DNA of 64,000 nucleotides, from contig NC_043004.1 in assembly GCF_006345805.1 (NCBI RefSeq), positions 38,874,001 to 38,938,000 of the forward strand. The letters are read 5' to 3'. Positions 40,756 through 56,112 of this stretch are shown here, piece after piece. Position numbers and translations under genes: made by a program. Position 1 is the stretch's first letter. Every line of letters begins with the position of its first letter. The notes under the pieces are model-generated. The model was not told the origin of the DNA, made no database searches, and saw only the letters and a program-made list of their open reading frames with translations. Source of the stretch: Octopus sinensis (Eukaryota).

Positions 40756-42804
40756 ATATATATATATATATATATATCTTTTATACATGCGTTTGTGTAT
40801 GAGTAGGTCAACGTATCAGAAATAGATTTAAATATTCCTGACATTCACACACCCCACCACCAATCTCTAAGAAGGTACACATAGTGTATTATCATCTTCT
40901 ATGCATATACCTATATATAAATGGATGATCATGGCTAGAAAACTTTTAATCTCGTTATGCATTTTTTTAGAGCGCTGTGAAAATATATGTATACAAATAT
41001 TTCACTTTCTGTTAAAGACTGCGTTAACTCAACACATAACCCATGCCACTTGATGATAGAAAGGTAGTTAGCGCCCCAATGAATCATCATGTATATAAGG
41101 AAACAGAAAACACAAGTAGGTATTTTTATTGTAGGAATTACTTGAGTATTGGTGTGCTTGTCCTTTGCTGTAGTCATTTGGAAGACGGTATGAGACCATG
41201 TAATGCATAAACCGAAATTGCAACAGATACGGTGACATACATCGATAGTGACAGAGAGTGGAAGAAAGAAGAAAAATTCGAGAAAATACGATTGAATGTT
41301 ATATATAGAAAAATAAAACAAAATGAAATGTTAGCGATTTATCACTTTAGAATTTGTGTATCAGCAAGCGAAATCAGTCAGAAAAGAAAATTGTCACTGA
41401 AAAGAAAAATGTGATCGACTGATAGCCGCTAATTATACATCATGCTCGGGCCTAATTGTTTTAGCTGGAGATTGAGAAAAATCTTGTTCTTTCTTGGGCG
41501 GCAGTATTGATACCAGACACTGGTTATTATAAGCAATCATTAGATTTAAATAGAGACTATTTGTACACTAACAAAATTATTTCTGAAAGAAATTACGCTA
41601 ATACCTTATTTACAAATAACATTTGAAAGAAACGTTTATAAATCTATTATTTAAATTTTGCGATAGTCTCTCAATAAATTCTCTTAATTATCAGGTTTCA
41701 CAATCTCAGCAGCTTTGCGTTTCACAGATAAAATTTAATATAATGGCAAGAATGACAATGGAATTTCCGATTTTAATCCCTTAAATTATGCGTTCAAATC
41801 ATTGTGGAGTCGACTTGTATTTCAACTTTACTGAGTGGAGAGGCAACTCAGAATAGCATTAGCAAATAGAAAATACCAGTCAAGCTTTATATGGATAGGA
41901 GCAACTAAAGAATTAGGAAGAATGACATTTTCTTGATCTCACATGTCCGTCCGTCTGTCGCAGTGACCAGTACCATCTACTTATCCAAGGCTGGCTGGTA
42001 ACTTGCAAAGTAACTTTGTTTAAAGTGAAGAAAATTTGCACTTTGTCAAACTAATTATCTCGTCCGGGACTATCTTCAACCCAGTGACAATACCACGCTA
42101 AGACGACTTGGACAGAAGACGTGTACAGTGAATGACCAAGATGACTCACTTGCCTCATTTTGTTCGCTGCTCTTCATAATGTGTTGCTGCAACTGCCTGC
42201 CTTTTCAAAGCAGAACGCTAACTAGTAGAAGTCCACACTGAAATTTGGTAAATTTCCATTGAGAAACAATTTCATCTTGTTTTTAAAATGAATGTTAAAT
42301 TAGAAAACAAATATAGGTACTTGACTAGTTACAAGGTTTGTAATTTTGCGGAAATAACTTTTTGTAACGTTCATACGTTTCCAGGCAGCATTAATACTAC
42401 AATTTCATAATGACAGGATGAAACAAGAATCAAAATCAAATCAAAGATTTAGCCAACATGATGTTCAGCCATTATGAGTTACTATCCAACTGAAATCAGA
42501 TTTACTTATTACACTTGTTTAATCGATAAATAAGTATAGTCCAGTATCGATCGATATGATCAATTATAACTCTTCTTTAAATGGGAAGCACTGTAGATAT
42601 GTTAGATATCAAATCCAAGCAATATCGAGGTCTCCATGACATGCAGAAAACATTATATAAACGGGTAAACGAGAACTTATATCATTCTTGTGCATTTTCA
42701 GGATATTAACTTTTAGCTGAAACAAAATGACTTAAACTTGGTATTGACACCTAACTTGAGAGACTGCACTTCACAACGAGTCTACGTATGTGCCCATAAT
42801 ATAT

Positions 42805-42865
<61 letters not shown>

Positions 42866-42885
42866 TGTGTGTGTGTGTGTGTGTG

Positions 42886-42917
<32 letters not shown>

Positions 42918-43009
42918 ATATGTATAAATATATGCATATGTATATATAAATATTTCCCGAAATTATTGACCTAGTGCCAAAATTTGAAACCAATATTTCT
43001 AAAAGAAAC

Positions 43010-43212
43010 AAGGCGGCGAACTGGCAGAATCGTTATCACGCCGAAAATATTGCTTAGAGCCAGCTTCCCGACTTTATTTTCTGAGATCAAACACTGCCAA
43101 TGTCGACTTTGCCTTTCTTAATTTCCTGGTCGATAAAATAAATAGCAGTTGTGCACTGGGGTCAATGTAATTGTCTAATCTCACTAACCGAAATTGTTTA
43201 CTTTGTGCCAAC
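43010..43212 (+). mobile_element. tRNA-derived SINE (family S1)
   Basis: AAGGCGGCGAACTGGCAGAATCGTTA head; GTCGACTTTGCCTTT...GTCGATAAAATAA. Confidence 0.75.
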
Positions 43213-44288
43213 ATTCAAAAGCAATATTTCTGAATGAAATTATTCTGCTAATATTCCTGGTTACGATATGTATAACTTGAATGTACTGGAAAAATGTTTT
43301 TCAAATTGTTTCTTTACATACTTGTGCTTTTCTACCAAATTATATGACAATAATTTATTTCTGCAGTAAATATAGACAATTGGTGTTTGGAACCATTTCC
43401 GTTTATTTATCAATCTTCTAAGAAGTAACATAAATGCTAAAAAATAAGAATTTAGGGCTGAGCTAAAGGACAGATGCATAATAAAAAGAAATCTATTCTA
43501 TTACATGTTCGTATCATCATCACAATATTTTGACTTTTTGTGTTAAATCAAAGTGTTTGGCACAACAGAAAGTACAGTATAAAGTTCAAATCATGTTTCA
43601 TCTCTAGCTTCAGTCAAAGTAACTTTTCCTTTACAAGGGAAAATAAATTATCTATAAGTATTTGATGAATCAAGATTCGATTCAGTTCCCAATATACATT
43701 CCTTTACAATGTTATTGCCAGCAACAAATGTAATAGTGAATTCAACAAATCAATGATTTAACTTTCCAAAGTGGTGAAACAGATTTGGGTCCTGATTTTA
43801 AAAAATTACTAGAGTTGAATCAAGTCCATTGTAATACTTTTCTATAAATACCACGATAAAAACTCGATGAAAATGTTGGAAAAGAGCTGCACTAATTGAT
43901 ACGTCCGCGGTGAAACTAATGTATGCGCTAGTTTCAATTTGTTTGCATCAGCTGATAATACAGGAAAAGCAATTACTATGGCAGAATCGTTGTTCACCTA
44001 TATAAACGTGAAACTCTCTTCTTTCCGAATCGATAAAACATACTACTGATGTTGACTTAATCGACGATACCCAGTCAATATATGTGAGAGTTTGTGCCTA
44101 TAGTAGAAATCAGTATACAAATATCCTATGTGCGTCCCCTAAAATTATTGTCCTTTATATACTAAATATTTATAGAGAATAAATATTTCCGAGTGATACT
44201 ACTCAGCGTCCTATCGAACATGCAAATACTGTCAAACAATAGTGCTCTGCGCGTGTGTGTGTATGTGTGTGTGTGTGTGTGTGTGTGT

Positions 44289-44352
<64 letters not shown>

Positions 44353-44397
44353 CTCGCATGCTGTCGATCCATTTTCATCATTTATGCTGTTTCAATA

Positions 44398-44785
44398 TCT
44401 CTTTCTATATAAACGGCAGTTTGTCTGTGCGTGTTTCTGTGTGTCTGTTTTCTCGTACCCTCACCCTGACCACGGCTTTCAACCGATTCTGATGAAACTT
44501 GACACACACATAGCCCAATGTCATAATTCAAAACTAACGCAGCGAAAATTTTGAAAAGTTCCCCCAGTTCTGAAAAAAATCGATAAATTCAACATGGGGT
44601 CGAGAATAAAAAAAAACAAACCACAGACTGTCTAGGGGACGCAACTCAACCTTTTATTACTCTCAAAAAAAAAATTTACCATCATTTTTTTTCCATTTTT
44701 TTGCTATTTTTTGGCTATAACTCTCTAAAAATGCTTTATAGTTATTTCCCTTACAAACCTGAGCAACGCCGGGCGATACTGCTAG
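44398..44785 (+). mobile_element. Non-autonomous Helitron
   Basis: 5' TC(TCTTTCTATATAAA) after A; imperfect 3' hairpin CCTGAGCAACGCCGGG then CTAG followed by T (A|T target, no TSD). Confidence 0.75.
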
Positions 44786-45454
44786 TTTTCTATAAGACCG
44801 AAGATTGTGCGGATTGGGTCTGTCAATACAATCCACCCCAGCAATTGATTGAGAATTATTTTATTGATCCTGAAAATATGCGAGGCATAGAGCGTCAACA
44901 GCTGGAAGAAATACCGCAACACATTTTGCCCGACACTAAAATTCTGCCAATGATTTGCTTTATCAATAATTTTTGCAGTTTCGCATGAACAGGCCAATAT
45001 CGGAGGTAATAACTATGTATCAGAAATAATTATGAATACACCAGAAATGCTTCAGATTTTCCACTCTAGTTTGGATAACGATCAAGGTATTCATTGTACA
45101 GGTCTCAGAAGAATGACAACCATATTCAACCTAGGTGGAAATTGAACTTGGAACCTAACTGAAAGTAACCGAATACTTGTAGGCATTCAGTAGTCAAGTT
45201 CCCTATCAATATTAATTACACATTACCACAAATGTACAAGTGCAGAGTTGCAGTGGACACACTCTGATGCCGCTGCCAGTATATCACGTTTACTTCATAT
45301 GAGGTTTACGCATATATCTATAGAACGCACGACTAACAATAGACGGATTTGAAATCAGGACAGAGTGAGAATGGAATTACGCATTACAATTCAATTCGTT
45401 CGATTCTTAGACATTGCTTTCGTAAAAGACACACGCGCATACATATGCACTCCA

Positions 45455-45494
<40 letters not shown>

Positions 45495-48400
45495 CTTATC
45501 TGTTATTTGAAGCAAATCATGCATTGTATACGACTGGATATATATGCATATTTTTATGATACGCAGGAGTAATGATATGCGAGTCCGTGCAGTAGCGTAC
45601 GACGAGTGAAATTAGTTTTATGCTCTGACTTTATAATAAGATTATTATATAATTTTGTAACTGCCTGTAATAAAGTTGAAGTCATTCGATAAGAGAATAT
45701 GAAAATACTAATCGGCTTAACAAGGACAGATGCCGATGTGCGTATGAGTGTTTTTGTATGCTTGTGGCTATATGTACGAATGAAATAGAGATATGAACAT
45801 AAAGAGAATGATTCTTTCAGCATATAATGCAGCAAGATTAACAGTAAATTTTACACGTTTCTTAATATTTGTATGCGCATCTGAGCCTATAAATATACAT
45901 GCATGTGTGTGTGAATATATGCATATTATTGACTGCTTATATCACTTACATTTCATATCAGTATGTATATTTATATGTGGCATGTATCATTGAGGCAAAT
46001 AACCTAAATCTATTTCTTTCATTGCTTACTCATTGATTATTCATTTAATTTTTTAATCATTTCTTTCTTATAATTCAAATATTTGTAAAGTCAGCTTGAA
46101 TAAATAACAAAGTATATCGGTTATACTGAAAATGATGTTTACTTTTTAGAAAACAAACGAATGTAAACAGACGTATCAAATATAAGATGTAGGTTTTCTC
46201 GTACACGTCTCATAAATATTTAGATAGCAGCTGACGTAAAACATCATTAAACAACAACAGAGTAACAACTTGAAATATGAATGTAACTTCATAAAAGATC
46301 GATGAAGTTATTGTGTTCACAAGACTAAGAAAAGCGAAATAATCACTAGATTTTGTGGAGATTAATGTTAGTCTGCGTCAGCGCCAGGAAAAGAGAAATG
46401 AAGATAAGGTTACTGAAGAGGGGGCCGTTGTTAGTGATGATCATCATAGTGATAATGATGGTAGTTATGATGATGATTTGATAGTTGTGGTGGTGGGTAG
46501 TGGAGACTGGATGGTCTTTACTATGTCGATTGAAGCGGCGGCAAAGACTATGTTTATGTCTGAATATTAACAGGGTTGGTATGGTGATGGGATTAGTGGT
46601 AGCGGATGCAAGCATCAACCTGAATCATGACAGGTGCATTTCAGCCCTGATACAACAGACAAACTTAACTTATGATCAATAGCCACTCTAACCAACACCG
46701 TATTATCTCTTCCAAAAGTGAGTACACAGGACACCATGATCCAATATAAGGCGTTTGGAACTGTTTTATTGAAGGTTGTAGCTGCATTTTCCAGTACTAC
46801 ATAGAAATTCCCATAAACACAATTTTGTATTGCTGTAGTGGGGAATGAAGTGGTGGTTTTCGTGTTATTACTCTTTGCAATTATGAGGATCTTCGCTTTC
46901 ATCTTGATGCTTAGCTTAATGGTATTTCTAGTGGTGGTGGTGGTGGTGGTGGTGGTGTTAGTTGATTTACTTGTAATGATGTTGCTGTATTGTTGTTGTT
47001 ATAGGGGTGATAAGGAGGGTATAATGACCATAATCGCTGTATCATTGATGGTGACGGTATAAACGATAACATTACTAGTAATACCTATTGATTAACCTTG
47101 ATCACGCAGACCTGCAATAAACGGCATTCAAACTATTACCTGTATTTTTACTCCGTTCAGAGAACACAAACAGACTTTATCAAATATGCTCCTTATTAAG
47201 CGACCGGATTCGATTTAAAGGAGGCTGACTGGTATTTTCTATGAAGACGAATGACCATATATTACGCCATATTGGTTCAACTATGGCTATGGCAGTTGTA
47301 GTAGTTATCAAACTTTGATAATGGTATTGTTAATGGAGATTGTTGCACTTGTAGTAGTGATAGTGGTTGTTGAAATAGTGATGGTGGTTGGAGTGAGGCT
47401 AAGGGTGGTCGCAGAATTACATGCAGTAGAAGTGATAATTTTCGCGGTATTGATGATCATAGTAGCTGTGACTGTAATGGCGAGTGTGTTATCAATCGGA
47501 CGGTTTTAGTATTGGTTATGATGGCTGTGGCAGCGATAGCCTCGGAGGTGATTGTGTCGGATATAGAATTATATTGATGTATATGCGGTGTTCGTAGTCC
47601 TGGTGATAGTTGTAGTGACTGTTTGCGTTGTACAGCCTGTTCTTTAAACTAACGAGTTAGCACGGGCTCGCTCAACCTGTTAAAAATGACAGTGAAATCT
47701 CTTTGAAATCACGTCATACTGTCTTAGCCAATGTAGTCTCCTAGAAAGCCTGGATGTTTATAGCTGGAACACTTTTGTTCATAGGTTCTTTCGATTAGGT
47801 TTAAAATAAAGCTTAACAGCGACAATAGTAATTTTACACTATTGTGTTTCAAGTATGTTATTTTAGGATGTTTCACAATTTTTTACTACAGGTAATAACC
47901 ATATTTCAGAAGATGCAACTTGTGGTGCGTTGAAGTATCTTTTAGCCGGAACTTTAATATTTAGAGCCTGAACAGCGATGTGTTCTCATGTTACAAGTAA
48001 CATATACTTTTGTGGTTTCTTTTGATGTGGCAGTTACATATGTTCTAGATGTTGCTATTGATCTCTTCAGGTTTTGGCAGATAGAGCAGCACTATGTCCA
48101 TTCTGCCCTTTCGCATGCATTAGATATTATATTTGAATGTGGAGTACGATCTAAGTGATATTTGACTCCTATATATTGTTGATCGTGTGTCTGCATTAGG
48201 GTTTCCCCATTGGTGTACGAAGCATTAGTGATATATAAAAGATACACGAATTTAGTCAATAATCGGAGCTGCGTTTTTATCTCGTGTGTTGAGATCATGT
48301 TTATTTAGGCTGTTTTAAATATTGACTCTTTAACAGAGACACAAGATCACAAAAATATAAAATATATTATAGTATATCATATTGCCCCTAGACTTCGTTA

Positions 48401-49728
48401 GTTTTCATTGAACATGGAATGCTGAAAGTTGATTACAATTGGATTCAACCATAGAATTAAGAAACCTAACCAAATAATAGAAATCTCGTCGCCTTTAGCT
48501 ATTTAATATCTTAAAAGCATATTATGTTATATTTAGAAAATTATACAATAGAAAATGACAGCTTTTCAGTTGCTGTTTGCAGTCTAACAATTATACTATG
48601 TATTCTACGATCTTACGTTTAATAAAAAGCCAAGATATGATTTACCATAGGTATTTTTAGTGTATAATCAATAAATAATGAGTAATTTTGAAAGTAATCG
48701 ATTAATTTTGATTCGTAGAACACCACTAAATTTCCAGGGTAATAAAAACGAATAAAGTTTTATAGTAAAGTTTTAGTGTGAGGGGGTCCCCACCACACAC
48801 CACTAAAAATGGAAATACAAGCAATTTTTTTCAAGAATTTCTCCTAAAAACTAAAGTGATGTTATCGACTAAAGATTTGATGGGGTGAATAGAGTTTTGA
48901 TGAACAGGGTATGAAGTAAATATATTGTCCCCTGCGTAATAATCCTGAAACTTAGTGGAATGTAGCATAACCTTTGTATTGACTTGCAGTTTAATATTAG
49001 CGCACTATACGAAACTTTGGAGCTTTTAAGTAGATCAGAAACATCCAAAGTATTAATAAATTTACCACCTAAAGGAATGATTTATTTAATGAATAATTCA
49101 TCTGAATACCCTGATAATGTTAAAGGAATCTACGCTATATGTAAATGGATAAAAGAGAGACAAGCTATTCGTAACTGAAAGAATGCACTCCTTTTCATAC
49201 CCTAGAATTCCACCACTCTACTTATTTGCTTATCAAAAATTTTTACCAAGTGCAAGCACATGGGCAAATTTTGTTTGTCGAACTGGAGAACACAAACTTC
49301 CCCGGATTGAGCAAATACCTAGAAGGCTTTCATCTAGTCCTCGTTCAAATTACTATACATCAGCTACATTGAATATCAATTCTAGAGAGAAAGAGCTCAT
49401 GACTCTTGTGTAGCTGCATTCATTTTCTTTCTTTTGCCGGTTTTATTTATCCGATGTTTTCTCGTTCTACTTTGCGTAACAACTCTCTTCTGGTTTCTTG
49501 TCATGTTTTGTCATAGTCCAGCTATTGAAATAGGACTAAACTTGAATCCTTAGTCTGAAGGGTTGCTTGGTGACTCAAAGCGTGTTATATCTGTTGATTT
49601 ATCGTGTTCCCACAGCATGAAACTGTCAATAAACATTTTATACGCATATATATATACATATATACGTTTAAACACAAACACACACACATATATAGTATAT
49701 AATCATACATATAATCGTTGTATGTATC

Positions 49729-49731
<3 letters not shown>

Positions 49732-49765
<34 letters not shown>

Positions 49766-50277
49766 TATATGTATATATATAGATAGATGGATAGATAGAT
49801 AGATAGATATGGTTATAGATATATAACCATATAAGAGCGGTATTAGACTTGGATTCAGAGAATCATGCAGTTATCCCCGTAAGCTACTCGTCTATATACT
49901 AATAAATTATTACAATGCAGTGTAGTACAATGTCTTAGTGTAACAGAAAATCCAGAAAATTTTCAGTAAGAAGTAAAGGAATCAAAAAAGCAGATGTGAG
50001 AGATGATTCTGCGTGGTTACAGCAGTTTCGTAACGTTCTTCATGCAATATTAATTTCAGTACGAAGACATTATACCTACACGTTTGCATTAATTTGTATG
50101 TTCAGCACTATACAACACAATTGCATATTTTCAAATGAGTGCAATTGAAGTTATTTAAGTCGTTAGTTCACCGGAACATTATAGTTACCTCTACGGCTCA
50201 GACCTCTTGACAAAGAAGTACTTACAGGAGCAATTTATTCATGAGTTTACAAATACCTCTCTCGATATATACATACA

Positions 50278-50313
<36 letters not shown>

Positions 50314-51086
50314 TATTACATATATATATACACACACATAAATACATATATACATGCATACATACACACACATATATATATATTATATATATATATATAT
50401 TTACATATATACATACAGGAATATACACATGCACACACGCCACATGTATGTATTTATATTCCGGTCTTTTTGGCTCTCTATTCATTAATATGCTACCTTC
50501 AATAATCAGCACCACTAGACACAGGCACAGACACACACACACACACCACACACACACACACACACACAAATATATGTATATATATAGATAGATGGATAGA
50601 TAGATAGATAGATATGGTTATAGATATATAACCATATAAGAGCGGTATTAGACTTGGATTCAGAGAATCATGCAGTTATCCCCGTAAGCTACTCGTCTAT
50701 ATACTAATAAATTATTACAATGCAGTGTAGTACAATGTCTTAGTGTAACAGAAAATCCAGAAAATTTTCAGTAAGAAGTAAAGGAATCAAAAAAGCAGAT
50801 GTGAGAGATGATTCTGCGTGGTTACAGCAGTTTCGTAACGTTCTTCATGCAATATTAATTTCAGTACGAAGACATTATACCTACACGTTTGCATTAATTT
50901 GTATGTTCAGCACTATACAACACAATTGCATATTTTCAAATGAGTGCAATTGAAGTTATTTAAGTCGTTAGTTCACCGGAACATTATAGTTACCTCTACG
51001 GCTCAGACCTCTTGACAAAGAAGTACTTACAGGAGCAATTTATTCATGAGTTTACAAATACCTCTCTCGATATATACATACATACA

Positions 51087-51146
<60 letters not shown>

Positions 51147-51171
51147 TAAATACATATATACATGCATACAT

Positions 51172-51218
<47 letters not shown>

Positions 51219-51363
51219 CATATATACATACAGGAATATACACATGCACACACGCCACATGTATGTATTTATATTCCGGTCTTTTTGGCTCTCTATTCAT
51301 TAATATGCTACCTTCAATAATCAGCACCACTAGACACAGGCACAGACACACACACACACACAC
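49732..51363. repeat. Near-identical tandem duplication, unit about 805 bp
   Basis: GGTTATAGATATATAACCATATAAGAGCGG at 49811 and 50616; unique parts appear identical; junctions lie in (CA)n. Confidence 0.95.
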
Positions 51364-52509
51364 AATTACACTCGCGCGCGCACACACTCACTCCCAGATT
51401 TACACACTCAATCCTTATCTAATCTATTCTTGAAGGTGCTTAAGCATTCTATGTATGTTTTATGTCATCTGTCGTTCATAATTAGAACATTTATATTCTA
51501 CTTAACTAAAAATGTTGATTCATCAGCAACTTTTCGGGAATTTCTAATTTTTATTAACACAATAAATGCCATTAAGCCATTTTATTTCCTTTCCTCTGGT
51601 GTTCTGCCCTACTTGATTATTTTATTTTATTTTTTTATTATTTTGTAATTAACCTTTATTTATTTAAAAAAATTATTCTAATTTTTTATTCTCTATAAAT
51701 TCATACTTAGCTTATATAAAGCTATACTGGTATATTCACTTCTTATTAAAAAAGCATACTGCTTAGATTAAAATTTTAGTAATATATAACTAGCATGTTC
51801 CTTTACCCTGAATACTGCTTTATTAATACCAGTATATACCAATAAATCGATATTCAAAGATACCATCTGATGAGTTAGTATTTAAGCATACAATATGTAT
51901 AAATATTAAACTAATTTTGGATAAATTTTTCTTCCTTCTATTGTGGTAAAAGCTTGGTATATACTCAAAAGTATTCATAAATTTCTATGCTTTCGTTATA
52001 ATATTCATCTTAATAATCCTTTGAATAACCCTAAACTTTAACTGTATACAATATAGCAGCATTCTTTGAAATATTTAATTATAGTACTATATGATAAGAC
52101 TTCCCCTGTTTCATTATAAATAGTCTGCTAGTGGGCAACCCCCTTAATTATCAGCTAACATCTTGTTTTAAGTTTTCCCTTACTAAACCTCAAGATATTG
52201 CTTATAATAAAGCTTTATTTTTTTATTACTATGCCAACTAGAATGTCTGTCTACCCCTAACAGATACTGCTCTCTGTTCTCTCAGCCTTAGATATACAAG
52301 AGATGTGATAAACTAGTCTATAAATTAAAACTGACACCATAAAGACAACAAAATCTGTGACAGGTAGATTCTTCTTGATAATTTTAGTAACTTCTATGCT
52401 AAAGTAGAGACAACATATACTTTATCTATCTCCTTAACGTCTTGGAGATTTTAGGCATAATTATACTAATGTGTCCATCTGTTCTAATTTAATTAAATTC
52501 TATGCCTTT

Positions 52510-52590
52510 ATGCAACTGAAGTTTGCTCTACATTTTAAATTGATGTAATTGTTCAATTAAATGGAGTTGCATGAAACGATCGTACTGCAT
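52510..52590 (+). ncRNA. Degenerate long-stem-II hammerhead motif
   Basis: AUGCAA-CUGAAGU-UUGC...GCAU-GAAAC-GAUC-GUA-CUGCAU; A9U change and a mismatch at the stem I base; precedes (TA)n. Confidence 0.55.
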
Positions 52591-52620
52591 TACCGCTGGA
52601 TATCCTTGTTGCTTATTTTG

Positions 52621-52731
<111 letters not shown>

Positions 52732-53714
52732 GCGCACCACGCGCAACATCCACCCACGCATGCGAATATGTGGTGGTGGGTAGTGGAGACTGGATATATA
52801 CTGTTGCTGATTGTGCTCCTGTGTGTGTGCCATTGAGTAAAACTATTCATGAGTGAATAGAGTAAATCGAATACTAGTACGATAAAAATATATTTGGGAA
52901 ATAAAATATGCATAGATCTACTATGAGACGTGAACCATGTTTGTGTATAGCTTCCTTTCGTTCAAATTTTCTCTTTCGCTTCATTGTGTTTGTCTGTATA
53001 TATTTATGTTCATGCGTATATGAACGTTTCTGTGTACGTAAGTGCAGCAACGTTTGAGACATTTACGATTGTCAGTGCTAATGCGAATCTTCCCAAGATT
53101 GCATTTGTATGCATACACATATATGCTTGGAAACGTGTATCTTTTACGATGCCATGTATAAAATTTAATACCTTGCCAGCAACATATAATTTTAACTATA
53201 ACATTATTTTTCAGTGTTATTATCACTACCGAGATTGTACATAATGAATTGGTTGTGTTACGATTTGCTAGCGGATTTCTTAGCGATTCATGCTATATTT
53301 ATTACCCGAGAAATAATTGCTTGCATTTCATTCAAACTTTGATTATTGTACTTTAAATCGGGCGGTTATTAGGTGGATTGTTTTTATGATGATGAGTTAC
53401 AAGCGGATTGCATTCTAAAGACATTTACTTTTGTCATGTGTCCACTGAAATTGATGTCAGTGTGGTTAATGAGGTTGCTTTGAAACCTGCAGTGTTCGGG
53501 CTTAAGAGCCTAATGTGAAATTTGTCCAAACACGCTCAACAAAAAAGAAAAGTCGTACGTGAATAGTGGGTACTGCTTTAAACTAAAGTGAGAAACGTAA
53601 ATCGGTCCAAGGTTATCTAGAGATTAGTGAGTTTTGTAAAAACGGAGAAAATCATCCCAAATGATATGTATATTGTTCTAGATCAATGGTAAAGCGAAAC
53701 CAACGATATACGGA

Positions 53715-54005
53715 TAGCTAAGTGGTTACAGCACCGGGTTTACAATCTTGGGGTTACGAGTTCGCTTCCCGGACCGGGCTATATGTTGTGTTCTTGAGCA
53801 AGAACTTTATTCAAATGTTACTCCAGTTCACTCGGCGGTACAAATGAGTTGCATCGTTATCGGTGCCAAGCTGTAGCAGCCTTTGACTTCCCTTGAATAA
53901 AATCAGTGGCATGGTGAGGAGATGCTGGTATGCAGACTTGTAAATCGGACGGAATCATTCTAAGCGCAATTCCATGGTCATTCGTGATCGAAAGCAGTCT
54001 TTACC
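53715..54005 (+). mobile_element. tRNA-derived SINE (family S2)
   Basis: TAGCTAAGTGGTTA A-box, GAGTTCGCTTCCC B-box, body shared with 17631 and 37518. Confidence 0.8.
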
Positions 54006-54830
54006 CTTATGCTAGCTACTCGATTGATGCAACAGTTATTGCCCCATAACATAGGCTTTTGCAGTAACACTTGGGAAGTTCTCACTTTTTTTATAACAAT
54101 ATGTTCAAGAAGGCGCATACATGTTAAACCTTGTGGTCAAACGGCAATTTTATGGAATAGAAGTTTGAATGTCTTCTGGAAAGGGTAGTGCAACTGTGGC
54201 GACATGTGATCAAATGAAGTGGATCAGTGGAAATTTTAAAAGAACACACATCGTATACTAAGAACGCACAACTTGCTCATAAACATCTATTTATCTCGCT
54301 ATTTCGCATGTGGCTTATTCTACTGTGGAAAATTTGCACTTGCCAATTCGAATGGTAATATTGACAATAACTTAATCGAGGACTATATATGAAGGGCAGT
54401 TTCTTTATGTATGCTCCTCTAAACGATCCGGTATTATGTTTATCAGATTTTATACAAGAGGTTAAAAAGCTTCAACAAAACGGTGCCCAGTAACAAGAGA
54501 GAATAATCACGCACGGGCGTATATTTCATTTATAAAACAAACTGGACAGTGAAACGTTCAAATATCTTAGGCGAATATCAAACTCAGAATATGGGACATT
54601 TACTTTTTCATGCATTTGAAATGTACTTCTACATTATTAATATCTTAAATAACATATATCAATCGAATACTTACGAAAATATATGCATAACAGATATGTA
54701 TGTATATATGTATGTATGATTGTATGTATGAATGCATGCGCAAGTATGTATATTTTTGTGTTGTCGCGTACACACGTACACACACATATATATCTTTATA
54801 CATGTATGTATGTATATGTATGCATATATA

Positions 54831-56112
54831 CGAGGGGCGTTCAATAAGTAATGCCCCTGACCCACTTCCCATAGCAGTAGAGCAACGAAACTTGGCACAG
54901 TTATTAGTCTTTTTCTACATAGGAAGCACCCAGAGTTACGCATTTCTCCCATCGTTTGATGCAGCTCTGAAGACCGTTTTTGTAGAAGACCCCAGCTTGG
55001 TCCTCCAACCACGACGTGACTTCAGAAATCAAGGCTGCATCATCTGGGAAACGCTTTCCTTTCAAAAACAACTACATGGCTGGGAAGAGGTGAAAATCAG
55101 AGGGTGCAAGGTCAGGAGATGGGGGATGAGTTCATAGCCGCACGCCTGTGCTTCTGATCTGGCGACACGAAAGTTGTGGACCGGAGCATTGTCCTGCAGG
55201 AGGAGGATGCCTTTGCTGATCTTGCCCCGCCTCTTGATTTTAAGAGCTACTCTTAATTTCCTCAAAAGTGAGGCATAATAGACTCCTGTAATTGTGGCAC
55301 CCTTTGCCAGGAAATCTGTCATCACTACTCCGTCCTGGTCCCAGATGACTGTGAGCATGACCTTGCCAGCGAAGGGCTGCACCCTTGCCTTCTTTGGAGG
55401 AGGTGAGTCACGGTGCTTCCACTGCATTGACTGGGCTTTGGTCTCTGGATCATAGTGATGGACCCAGGTTTCATCCTGTGTAATCAGTCTTTTGAAAAAT
55501 TTTGACTCAACTTCTTGACACATCTTCAAATTCATCCTCGCGCTATCGACGCGTTCTTGCTTCTGGAAAGGTGTGAGCAGCCTGGGAATCCATCTGGCAG
55601 ACACCTTTTGCATATGCAAATGGTCATGAATGATAGTTTCCACAGACCCGGTACTAATCTTGACCTCATGGGCTATTTGGCGAATAGTTATGCGTCGATC
55701 TTCCAAAATGGCAGCCTCAACTTGACGGACAGATGCCTCATCAATGGCAGAAGGGGGCGACCAGATCTGGGAGCTGTTTCCACAAAGTTCCGACCATGTT
55801 TGAATTCACGATGCCAGCGTTTTACAAGGTGATATGATGGGGCATCATCACCATAAGTTACTTTTATTTCATCAAAAGTCTCCAGTGGTGTGCGTCCTTT
55901 CAAATACAAAAACCGCATCACTGCTCGACACTCAACAGGCTCCGTTTCATACTTGACTCAGTTCAAACACCTGTAAATCAGAGACCACAATTGGTTCAGA
56001 GCTGTAATTTGCCACTTAATCTATAGAGATATATGTAATTGCACATGCAAAATCTCAGCTAGATCAAGCAACTGCAAGTGGGTCAGAGGCATTACTTATT
56101 GAACGCCCCTCG
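54831..56112 (-). mobile_element. Mariner transposon, full-length, irritans/Bytmar-like TIR
   Basis: TIRs CGAGGGGCGTTCAATAAGTAATGCC.CTGACCCACTT at both ends, TA flanks; 1282 bp. Confidence 0.95.
54904..55945 (-). pseudogene. Mariner transposase pseudogene (few lesions)
   Basis: CRAVMRFLYLKG, WIPRLL, ITQDETWVHHY, LLQDNAPVH, DLAPSDFHLF; start codon appears mutated to ACG; frameshifts, with the YSP motif deleted. Confidence 0.92.

Noticed and set aside
47894-48160. Two plus-strand acceptor-like sites with short open frames
   Set aside because: Both frames end in stops without phase-consistent donors or recognisable homology.
51430-52500. Possible NUMT, and a CTGATGA hairpin at 51867
   Set aside because: No mitochondrial gene or tRNA was recognisable; the hairpin lacks GAAA, so at best it is a dead PLE remnant.
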